A stretch of DNA of 64,000 nt from an uncultured Planctomycetaceae bacterium. Lineage in GTDB: Bacteria > Planctomycetota > Planctomycetia > Planctomycetales > Planctomycetaceae. How positions within the stretch are numbered: the first letter of the stretch is position 1; every line of letters starts with the position of its first letter. This document shows, piece after piece, positions 55,558 through 64,000 of the stretch. The notes beneath the pieces were generated by a model that was given only the letters and a program-made list of their open reading frames with translations, made no database searches and was not told where the DNA came from. The translations under genes were made by a program, and so were the position numbers. The stretch is from positions 1,024,001-1,088,000 of the forward strand of contig CAWFAK010000017.1 in assembly GCA_963813715.1 (NCBI GenBank), given 5' to 3'.

Positions 55558-57544
55558 TTAGACATCCTCGACGTCTCGGCGCAAGACAACGCCGTCGCGC
55601 TGCGACTTACGCCGACCCGATTCGATGAGCGCCTTAATCGCGGAATGGGCCTCCTTTGCTGTACATCCGAGCGAATCCGCGACATCTAGATGAACTCCGA
55701 GTTTCCAGGGCTGCTCCGGAAGGACTTTGTCCACGCGGTCGATGAACGCGGCACTGAAAGGGGCAGCGTCGAGGCAACGTACCGTCATTGCATCCGTCTG
55801 AGTTGCGGCACGGATCGCTTGAGTAGGGAGCCCACCCTTATGAACGGCCTCAACATTCGCAATGCCAAAGTCCTTGGCTGCCCTTAGACAACACGCTTTT
55901 ATGAAACCTGGGCTTCTGCCGAATGACCGCTTGTGCGGTTCTCGCATCTCGCCATGAACAACTTGCAAGATCTCAGTCACCATGCCTGTATCGATTCGGG
56001 TAGCGTCGAGGCGCATGAGATCAGGCACACTAAACGAGTAGCGCCCCGAAAGACGAGCAACGGCGATCAAGGCGATCGGATAGCGCCAATATGGCCTAAC
56101 ACGCCTATTCTGTCGGTCAGCCTGAATTTCCTGAAGCAAGGAATCAATTCGTTTTAGCGTCTCAGTGACTGCGAGCCATGTTTCAATAGGCGTCTCGTCC
56201 GAAAAGACGAGTCTGTAGCTGGCGTCCTGCCGCATAAACTTCATCCGCAACCTTGTCGCAGCCGCGGGTCTCTTCAATACAAGCGACACATACCCGGCGG
56301 CAAGATAGGCGGGCGTCACAAATCGCTCGGCTGGCTTCCCAAAATTCTTAAAGTAGTTTTTCCGCCTCTCGTATACCATCCGTGGCGGTCAAGGAACTCC
56401 TCGATGTCTCGTTGAACTTTATCAGTCGCACGCAACCGAGAAACTTCGACAATGTTCTGATTATTGGTCGCTTGGATGATGCGGTCTCGATGGATGTTGT
56501 CGGTTGAGACGATGATCTTTACCAGTAGAGAGCGATCAACTGGGTAACGCCTCCCGATTTGAAGAATTGAAAGATGGTCTCTGTCGTTTGAAGGCCGTTG
56601 ACAATCTGAATGTTCTCAAGATGGATAGTCCTGCCGACGACTGTAGCGGCCGTCACGAGAATGGTTACGCCGTTGTTTAGCCACCAGAAATCGAGCGAGC
56701 CGGCTTCACGAAAGCGAGATGAGAATGTCATCGTTGATTTGCGTGCTTCCGAGGTAATCTCGCACATTTGAGTCAAAGAGGTATCGCCGAAGATTGCCAA
56801 CGTCGTCCGTCACAAAACGAGCAATTTCCTCGACGCGGGCAAGCACCACGTACGCCGATTCCCCGTGAGAAAGACATTCACAAACGGGCAGCTCAAGCGA
56901 GAATTTCTTTGCACGCCGATACATTGCGATAAGTTCAGCGGCACCGATGAAGTCGAATTGGCACTCGCACGAACTGAAAAGCGAACGGATCGTCTCAACG
57001 ATCTGATTTGCGCGAGCCTGGACGTTCGGCTCCACTGCAGCGATGTCGCCTCGGGAAACATATGCCAGGCGAACCCGAACCGACGGACGGGTAACTGCCA
57101 AGCGTCGATAGGCGGCATGGAACGACGCTCGGGCCTCGAGAACTGGCCGAGAGCGCTTCCCTTAAGTTCCTTACGGTCGATCGACAGGTCGAAGAGTTCC
57201 GCCACACTTGCCACAAGCGAGTTCAGTGGCGATTGCTGGAATGTGTCGTGATGTTTGCAAGTCAAAATCCAGACCGTAATCTCGCAGTTTGTCTTCGGCC
57301 AGGAAAAGTCCTCGGGATCGCGAAATAGGTGGCCGTTAATGAGCGTGAAAAAACCGTCGATTCCGCCGTCGTCTCGACCGTCGACCCAGCCGGACTCGAT
57401 CTCCTCCGGAGAGAGATCGTAGTTTTTGAGGACCTGTTCGAAACAGAAATACTCAAAGACCTCGGAGCGAACCGATGACGGAAAGGCCTCGTCAACGCGT
57501 TGGTCGATGATGCCGTCAACCAGAATTGCGTCGTTTTTCGCCAT
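55558..57544 (-). CDS. AIPR (abortive infection phage resistance) family protein; about four frameshifts (pseudogene or sequencing error)
   Basis: DDGGIDGFF, FDSNVRDYLG, FWWLNNGVTI, IVNGLQT, ATNNQN and YERRKNYFKN across frames; visibly more AT-rich than its flanks. Confidence 0.82.
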
Positions 57545-58109
57545 GTCACTCCCTAGGGCGACTGAGGAAGGTGCGCCGGCTTCCGATCGCTTGCCGGCCT
57601 TCTGCAATTCCAGCGACTCGCTGAGCGGCACGGAGGACCAACAGATCGACGACCGCCCAAAGCACGGCGCGACCGTTTTGGCAAAATGGCGCCACTTGGA
57701 CTCGACAACTTACTCCTTACGAGTTCGTTGCTCCAAGCCTGTGCTTCATCCAAAGTCGAGACCCGGATTTTACTTATGGCACGAAACGCCTTCAACTCGA
57801 ACGGATCGAACTGGAAATCTGACCTGCGAAGGGCAAGGGGATCGTCAGGCAAGATCGAGCCCCGGGCTGTGCTGACTTCCGAAAAAACTGATCTTGGCCG
57901 ATTTGGACTTTTGTGGCTGAATGTAGGGAGGGGCTTTGGCGCGAGCGGGTTGGTGGCGCGGTTGGCCGAAACCGGGCGCGGTGCAGTAACGAAACGTCAC
58001 CGAAAGGGCGTGTGGTGTGGTCACCTTCTTCCCCAGGTAGTTGACCACGAGAATAGTTGACCACAGGGTCACCGGCGAGACCGCATCCGTTCCGGACAGG
58101 TTTGTCGAC

Positions 58110-58810
58110 GGGACGGGAATTGGGACGGGACTCGACGTTCTATCGAGCGAATCCCGAGGAATGCGGATGACTCCGATAGTCGGCCGCCCGTCTGGCCTCC
58201 GTTAACCGCGGCGGGGGGATGGGGACGAGACACGGACGCGACCCGGGAAATTTGGCCGGAACCACGGGACGGGACACGTTGTTTTACCGGGCGAATCCCG
58301 ACAGATTCTTCCGGAACTGCGCTGGTCGACGCCGGTCCGGAGTCCGTTCGGCTGGGACGGAACTCGCGGGACGGGACTCGGTCCTCTGAGCGAGCCGGTG
58401 CAGATCACGAATATCCGGCCGGTCAGATCTGTCACGCGGCGCCGACGATTAGGCCGCCGGCCGGACCCCGAAAATGCTCTCTCTGCTGGTGGTGGGGATC
58501 CGTTTTCATATAGGGGAGGGAAAGATCCCCAGCAGCCTTCGTTGCCGGCGTCCGCCATGGGCCGGGCGGCACGGTGGGACAAGTGGACCCGCCGGGACAC
58601 TCGAAAAGTGGACCCGCCGTGACGGGACTCTCTGATTTGATATAAGGGGCCCCGCCAAAAGTGGTCCCACCGCGGGCCCTGAGTGGCAGGCCACGGCTCG
58701 CAGGCGGATCAGAGCGGCGCGGCGGGAAGATCGCCGGGGACGAAAAAAGGATCCCCGCCGGGCCGCCGGGGTGGGGATTCTCTTTTTCACTCAGGGGAGG
58801 GAACATCTCC
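58110..58810. repeat. Non-coding tract with several families of short direct repeats (iteron-like)
   Basis: About 7 GGGACGGGA(CTC)-like units, 3 AAGTGG(A/T)CCC(G/A)CC units, and a ~40 bp imperfect repeat at 58491 and 58770. Confidence 0.7.
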
Positions 58811-58857
58811 GGCGCGCTGATCTACAATGCCGCGGTCCGAGCCCCGGAGGGATCCTC

Positions 58858-59358
58858 ATGCAAGACGATGTCGTGGCGTTGTTCGCGTACGATCGCTGGG
58901 CCAATGCCAAGGTCCTCGACGCTTGCCGCAAGCTGACCGCCGAACAGTACGTCGCGGAGCCGGTCCCGGGGTGGTCGTCGGTGCGCTCGACCATCTACCA
59001 CATCGCCTGGGTGACCGATTTCCACCTGCGCACGCTGGCCGGCGATCCGGATGACAGCATCCCGACCGAAGCCGACCTGGCCACGGTGGACGACGCGGCC
59101 CGGTTGCTGGAGCGTGCCTACCGCCGCTTCGAGGAGCTGCGTCCCACGCTCACGCCGGAGCGGCTCAACACCATGCTGACGCTGCGCGGGCGCGGCTCCA
59201 CGTTGACTCTGCCGCGGTGGGCGATGCTGCGCCACATTGTCAATCACTCCACCTACCACCGCGGTCAGGTCGCCTCCAAGCTGAAACGGTTCGGGATCGA
59301 ACAACCGATCTCCGACTTCTTCTTTTGGGTGATCGAGCAGATTCCCCAGGAGGCATAA
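58858..59358 (+). CDS. DinB family protein
   Basis: YDRWANAKVL, SVRSTIYHI and HIVNHSTYHRGQV; GGAGG RBS. Confidence 0.9.
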   Translation: MQDDVVALFAYDRWANAKVLDACRKLTAEQYVAEPVPGWSSVRSTIYHIAWVTDFHLRTLAGDPDDSIPTEADLATVDDAARLLERAYRRFEELRPTLTPERLNTMLTLRGRGSTLTLPRWAMLRHIVNHSTYHRGQVASKLKRFGIEQPISDFFFWVIEQIPQEA

Positions 59359-59417
59359 GCCGCAACCGTGTACACTCAAGATCGCATCCGTCGAATTCAG
59401 TCGAAGATGAGGCCGGC

Positions 59418-59642
59418 ATGACACCTCAAGCCCGAGCATTCTGGAACAAGTGGAGCTTGACGCTTGCGGGTTGCGCCGTGCTGCTCCCACTCACCATCTA
59501 CCAGTTGTTTCATAACTGGGGCGAATGGTTGTTCCTGACCGCCTTGGGGCTCGGCTGGTTTGCCGTGGGGTACCGTTTCGTCCGAGACGTCAAGGACCTG
59601 AGACGAATTCACGATCGGAAGCCCGACCCCGGTTCCGCTTGA
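59418..59642 (+). CDS. Small two-TM hypothetical protein (74 aa)
   Basis: GAGG RBS, two hydrophobic segments and a basic tail. Confidence 0.55.
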   Translation: MTPQARAFWNKWSLTLAGCAVLLPLTIYQLFHNWGEWLFLTALGLGWFAVGYRFVRDVKDLRRIHDRKPDPGSA

Positions 59643-59660
59643 CCGTCATCGCGAGATGCG

Positions 59661-59700
59661 CAAAAACAAAGCGGCACGGTCGGCTGACCGTGCCGCTTTG
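59661..59700 (-). terminator. Rho-independent terminator downstream of urtA (probably bidirectional)
   Basis: Perfect 15 bp stem CAAAGCGGCACGGTC / GACCGTGCCGCTTTG with a 4 nt loop and a T-tract on the minus strand. Confidence 0.88.
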
Positions 59701-59731
59701 CGCTCCTTGACGAGAGCAAGCGAGGCCCGCG

Positions 59732-61207
59732 TTATTTGAGGCCTTTGGCCGTGCAGAAGGCTTTGAAGTCCTGCACGAACTTCTGGTTTTCGGGCGAGTC
59801 GATGCTCTGGAAGTAGTTCCAGGCGGCCAGGTGGCCGACCAGCGGCGGAACGTCCATCGCCCGCAGCTCGTCCTCGGCAACCGAGAACGCCATGATCGGG
59901 CAGTCGACGGCCGAGAGGCCCTGGTTGGCGAATTCCTTGTAGAACGGCACGTTGCTGTCGCCGTTGATCGTCGAGAGGACGCACGCACCGCCGCCCGAGG
60001 CGAAGGCCTTAATCTTCTGGACGATCGTCTGATAGTCCTGGTGGTGGAACGGCGTGTACTCTTCCACGATGTTCTTGTCCGGAATGCCGCGGAACTTGAG
60101 GTACGCCTTCAGCACTTTGTTGGCCGTGCGGGGGAAGACGTAGTCGGTCCCCAGGAGGTAGAACTTGCGGAAGCCTTCGTCGAGCATGTAGGCGGCGGCC
60201 GGGTTGAGCTGCTGGTTTGGCGGGGCGGCCGTGTAAAAGACGTTCTTCGACTGCTCTTCGCCTTCGTACTGCACGGGGTAGAAGAGGAGCGCGTTGAGTT
60301 CCTCGAACACCGGCAGCACCGACTTGCGGCTCACCGAGGTCCAGCAGCCTTCGACCATCGCCACCTTGTCCTGGCTGATGAGCTTGCGGGCCTTTTCGGC
60401 AAACAGGGGCCAGTCGCTCGCCGGATCTTCGATCACCGGCTTGATCTTGTAGCTCTTGCCGCCGACCTTGATGCCGCCGGCGTTGTTGATTTCCTCGATG
60501 GCGAACAGGTCCGCGTCCTTGAGCGACGTTTCGGAGATGGCCATCGTGCCGCTGAGCGAGTGGAGGATGCCGACGCGGACGGTGTCGTCCGACAGATCGG
60601 GGCTGGGATAGGTCTTGCCCGGCTGCGGGCCGCCCGTGGGCGCGGGGTAAATGCCGTCGGTGCCGGTCAGCTTCGGATCGTGGAGGTACTTTGAATAACT
60701 ATCCGGCTTGACCAGGCCCTTCATCGCCTTGACGATTTTGAACTGGCCGTTGCGCTTGATCTCGCCGATGTAGACCGGCTTGTAGACGTGCTGGTTGACC
60801 GGGTCCATCTTCTTCTTGCCGCCCGGCGCGTTGAACTCGAGGCCATAAACGGCCTGGCGGACTTTGTCGACGTCGAAGGAATCGGCCTTTTCGCAGGCGG
60901 CCGCCCAGACCTTGATCCCGTAGTAAGCGGCTTCGATCGGGTCGTCGGCAACGCGACCGGAGATATCGGGCAGGTCTGCGCTCTTGGCGGTTTCGACGAA
61001 CTCGATATCCGGATCTTCTTTGATTTCGATGGCGCCCTTCTTGGGACCCAGCGACAGGGCCGGCGCCAGCGTGCGCTGCACGTCGGCCGCCGAAGCCAGA
61101 ACGGTGACCTTGCCCGCGGCGGAGGGCTGTTGTGCGTCGCTACGCACGCCGAAGCCCGCCAGCAGCACGCCGGTCCCCACACTCGCCCAAAAACAGAACT
61201 TCTTCAT
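59732..61207 (-). CDS. urtA: Urea/short-amide ABC transporter substrate-binding protein, circularly permuted
   Basis: Signal peptide; [63 protein letters not shown] and [11 protein letters not shown]. The block that is normally C-terminal (DDPIEAAY...[13 protein letters not shown]) comes first. Confidence 0.9.
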   Translation of the reverse strand: MKKFCFWASVGTGVLLAGFGVRSDAQQPSAAGKVTVLASAADVQRTLAPALSLGPKKGAIEIKEDPDIEFVETAKSADLPDISGRVADDPIEAAYYGIKVWAAACEKADSFDVDKVRQAVYGLEFNAPGGKKKMDPVNQHVYKPVYIGEIKRNGQFKIVKAMKGLVKPDSYSKYLHDPKLTGTDGIYPAPTGGPQPGKTYPSPDLSDDTVRVGILHSLSGTMAISETSLKDADLFAIEEINNAGGIKVGGKSYKIKPVIEDPASDWPLFAEKARKLISQDKVAMVEGCWTSVSRKSVLPVFEELNALLFYPVQYEGEEQSKNVFYTAAPPNQQLNPAAAYMLDEGFRKFYLLGTDYVFPRTANKVLKAYLKFRGIPDKNIVEEYTPFHHQDYQTIVQKIKAFASGGGACVLSTINGDSNVPFYKEFANQGLSAVDCPIMAFSVAEDELRAMDVPPLVGHLAAWNYFQSIDSPENQKFVQDFKAFCTAKGLK

Positions 61208-61585
61208 TACGCCTGTTTCCTTCTTAGAAAGAGAGCCCGAAGCAGAATCCGACCGTCCCTTCGCCAACACGGTTGCGCGTCCTTGCATCGGCCACGCGGA
61301 CTGCGAATCATCTCGCCCATCCGAGCGGCGAGTCGAACCCGTGAAGCTGCAGCGCGTGCGACATTGGCTCGAACGTCCTGGTCCGGCGACTCGCCCGGAG
61401 CGCTCCTCGACGGCGGGACGGACTTCGAGACAGATGTTGAAACACGATACGGAGCGGGCGGCAGCGATTTTGGAGAAGCGGGCGAACGGCCCTTGTCAGC
61501 CCAGCAGCGCGCTTCAAAACCGGTCGCTTAAACGCGCCGGTTCGCTGGCCGCTCACCTCAATGGATTCAAATCGTCCAGGCAAAA

Positions 61586-61601
61586 AGCAATTTCAATGCC
61601 G
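61586..61601 (-). promoter_or_regulatory. Sigma-54 promoter for urtA
   Basis: Minus strand CGGCATTGAAATTGCT (GG-N10-GC, with TTGC). Confidence 0.75.
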
Positions 61602-61725
61602 CGAAATCTAGCGCAATCACCGACGCGCGCAGCGGATAGGCGTTTTGCGGCCGAATTCGAGCAGTTTGGTCTCGCGGGAAGCACTGATCATGAACTCACC
61701 CTTGAGCTCACTCCTTCCACCGTGG

Positions 61726-61763
61726 TGCACCGAATGGGCGCACTGCTGCATTTTGTTCGGGCA
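61726..61763. promoter_or_regulatory. Tandem NtrC-type enhancer sites
   Basis: TGCACCGAATGGGCGCA (61726-61742) and TGCATTTTGTTCGGGCA (61747-61763), compared with the consensus TGCACC-N5-GGTGCA. Confidence 0.7.
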
Positions 61764-61957
61764 TCGCGAGTCGGCCATTTGGTCAAAGATTACCGGTTCT
61801 CCGACTTGTGTCGGATTGACAGCACGCAGATAACTTAACACTGATTAGCCTATGCCCCGAGTTTGTGCGGGGACGCGCAACTTTGGATACTGTTTGAGAC
61901 GAAAGGCCGTCGTAACACGTCCGCTCTGCAAGTGCCCTACGGAATGGTTCCACTCGC

Positions 61958-62854
61958 ATGCACTCCGCCGAGGAATATCTCAAACCCGAAGTGATCCGCA
62001 CGGTGGCCCGGCTCGATTTGCGAGCGCGGTTCATCGTCGAGGGATTCTTGAGCGGCCTGCACGCCAGTCCGTATCACGGCTTCAGCGTCGAATTCAGCGA
62101 GCACCGGCGGTACACACAGGGGGACGACCCCAAAGACATCGACTGGCTCGTCTACGCGAAGACCGACCGCTATTACGTGAAGAAGTACCAGGCCGAAACC
62201 AACATCACCGGCTATCTGACGGTCGATCTCTCCGAGAGCATGGGCTACACGTATCGGCAGAAACTGACCAAACTCGACTATGCGATTTGCCTGTCGGCGG
62301 CCCTGGGTTACCTGATGGTCCATCAGCAGGACCCAGTCGGCTTGCTGACGTTCGACGATCGCATTCGTCAGAGCCTGCCCGCCCGCAGCCGCCGCACGCA
62401 ATTGGCCAACATCCTGGCGGTGCTCGCGCGGGCCAAGCCGGGCGGACCGACCGAAATCGCGCACAATCTCCGGCGGATCGCGGCCATGATCCGCCACCGC
62501 AGTCTGGTGATGCTCTTTTCCGACCTGCTCACCGACGCCGGGCCGGTCATCGAAAGCCTGCGGCTGTTGCGGCACGCCGGGCACGACGTGATCGTGTTCC
62601 ACATCCTCGACGAAGCCGAAGTCACCTTCCCCTTCAGCGGGATGGTCGACCTGAAGGACCCGGAAACGGGCGAATCGCTGGTCGTCGACGCGGACGGCAT
62701 TCGGGCCGACTACCAGGAAACGCTGACCGAGCTGCGGCAAAGATATCGCACTGAGTGCCAAAAGAGCCGCATCGACTATGTGGCGCTCGACACAAGCATG
62801 CCCTTCGACCGGGCCCTGGTCGAGTATTTGTTGCAGCGCAAAGCGAGGTTCTAG
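61958..62854 (+). CDS. DUF58 domain protein (MoxR-associated, vWA-like)
   Basis: GLHASPYHGFSVEFSEHRRY..GDD...IDW..YAKTD, VDLSESM and FSDL. Confidence 0.93.
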   Translation: MHSAEEYLKPEVIRTVARLDLRARFIVEGFLSGLHASPYHGFSVEFSEHRRYTQGDDPKDIDWLVYAKTDRYYVKKYQAETNITGYLTVDLSESMGYTYRQKLTKLDYAICLSAALGYLMVHQQDPVGLLTFDDRIRQSLPARSRRTQLANILAVLARAKPGGPTEIAHNLRRIAAMIRHRSLVMLFSDLLTDAGPVIESLRLLRHAGHDVIVFHILDEAEVTFPFSGMVDLKDPETGESLVVDADGIRADYQETLTELRQRYRTECQKSRIDYVALDTSMPFDRALVEYLLQRKARF

Positions 62855-63439
62855 CCCAGCTGGCAAATTGCCCGGGCCATTCTAACGATCGCGGAAGGGC
62901 GGCCGAATGTGTTGACGCCGAAGGCGGCAGCCTTTGTCTTCGAGTGCGTGCCGCGGGCGCAAGCTCCAGCCCGCTCACTTTGCTTGACCGGCGCGTTTGT
63001 TACGGGAAGCAAATAAGCCCAAGTGCAGGCCGTTGCGTCTCTTGCAATGGGGTAATATCGCTTTTAAAGTGGATCCGAGAGCAGCCGGAAGGGATTGCGC
63101 CCAGTGACCGCTCTCACACGTTTTTTGATCACGTCGCCTCGGGAAAAATTTCCAAACGGCCCGCCGCAGCAAGGCGTAGTGTCGTGGGACGGGCACAGTT
63201 CCGTTTCGCGCGGCCTTGTGAGGAGTCGTTAAGTCGCGGCCGAGCCCGTCGGGGGGGTTCCTTTCCGAGAGGCGTTGATATCAAGCGGGGACGTCGGCGC
63301 GTTTCGGGCGAAGATCCGGGCCGATCTCTCGACAACATCTCTCTCCGCAGGCGGTGCAGTCCACTAGCAGAAGGGCTGCCACGCCTTCGTTTTATCGGCA
63401 ATTCCGTATCCATTATCCGAACGCGTTGGGGAAGTCTCG

Positions 63440-64000
63440 ATGGCTAGCGAGTCGGTCATTGAAATCAGCAATCTGACGAAAATCTATCGCGACTTCTGGG
63501 GCCGCCCCAAGGTGCGGGCCCTCAACTCGCTGAGCCTGGACGTCCATCGCGGCGAAGTCTTCGGACTGCTCGGCCCCAACGGGTCCGGCAAGACGACGAC
63601 GATGAAGCTGCTCCTGGGGCTCTTGTTCCCCACCGAGGGCGAAATCAAGATCCTCGGCCGGCCCGCCGCCGACGTCGAAAAGAACGAGAAAATCGGCTAC
63701 CTGCCGGAAGAGTCGTACCTCTACCGCTTCTTGAACGCCGAAGAAACGCTCGACTTCTACGGGCGGCTGTTCAAGATGCCCGCCTCGCAGCGACGTGAAC
63801 GGGCCGACTCGCTGATCAAAATGGTCGGCCTGGACGGGGCCCGTCGGCGGCAATTGAAGGAATATTCCAAGGGCATGACCCGCCGTATCGGTCTCGCCCA
63901 GGCGTTGATCAACAATCCCGAACTCGTGCTGCTCGACGAGCCGACCAGCGGCCTGGACCCGATCGGCACGCGTGAAATGAAGGACCTGATCTTGCGGCTG
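63440..64000 (+). CDS. ABC transporter ATP-binding protein (truncated by the window end)
   Basis: [21 protein letters not shown]...GPNGSGKTT...[15 protein letters not shown]...[11 protein letters not shown]. Confidence 0.92.
   Translation, partial: MASESVIEISNLTKIYRDFWGRPKVRALNSLSLDVHRGEVFGLLGPNGSGKTTTMKLLLGLLFPTEGEIKILGRPAADVEKNEKIGYLPEESYLYRFLNAEETLDFYGRLFKMPASQRRERADSLIKMVGLDGARRRQLKEYSKGMTRRIGLAQALINNPELVLLDEPTSGLDPIGTREMKDLILRL

Noticed and set aside
57553..58072. Short minus-strand ORFs upstream of AIPR as a partner defence gene
   Set aside because: They may be a frameshifted remnant, but I recognise no motif and cannot support a call.
58110..58810. Possible CRISPR array
   Set aside because: The repeats are short, degenerate and irregularly spaced, with no constant repeat-spacer period and no cas genes.
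62855..63439. Riboswitch or ncRNA in the 585 bp intergenic region
   Set aside because: Only a short GGGCGCAAGC resemblance to c-di-GMP-I, without the rest of the consensus. An Rfam/Infernal search would be needed.

Overview
High-GC bacterial DNA, most likely Planctomycetota, judged from the DUF1549/DUF1553 cytochrome protein paired with DUF1501, DUF4159/MoxR/DUF58, a GldF-GldG fusion with DUF4340, and an SHD1-like domain. Many genes carry single-base frameshifts, often in homopolymers, which look like long-read consensus errors, so several apparent splits and fusions are probably artefacts. Content in order: YdeI-family gene, gmd-fcl, a sigma-54 two-component pair, cysC, cls, a papain-like protein lacking its whole catalytic triad, a ~16 kb Wzx/Wzy polysaccharide cluster (18.8-34.6 kb), a Gld-like ABC system, an RlmL-like methyltransferase, and a HAD / deoxyhypusine-synthase-like / RfaE-kinase / GmhA operon. 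An ~11 kb variable region separates moxR from DUF58. It holds an in-frame diverged copy of the moxR 3' end next to a REPIN-like element, an orphan hydrolase 3' fragment, a large multidomain serine protease, an AT-richer AIPR defence gene, an iteron-like repeat tract, and a circularly permuted UrtA behind a sigma-54 promoter with two NtrC-type sites. I recognised no rRNA, tRNA, CRISPR array, integrase or transposase. All family calls come from motif recognition by eye, not from database searches.
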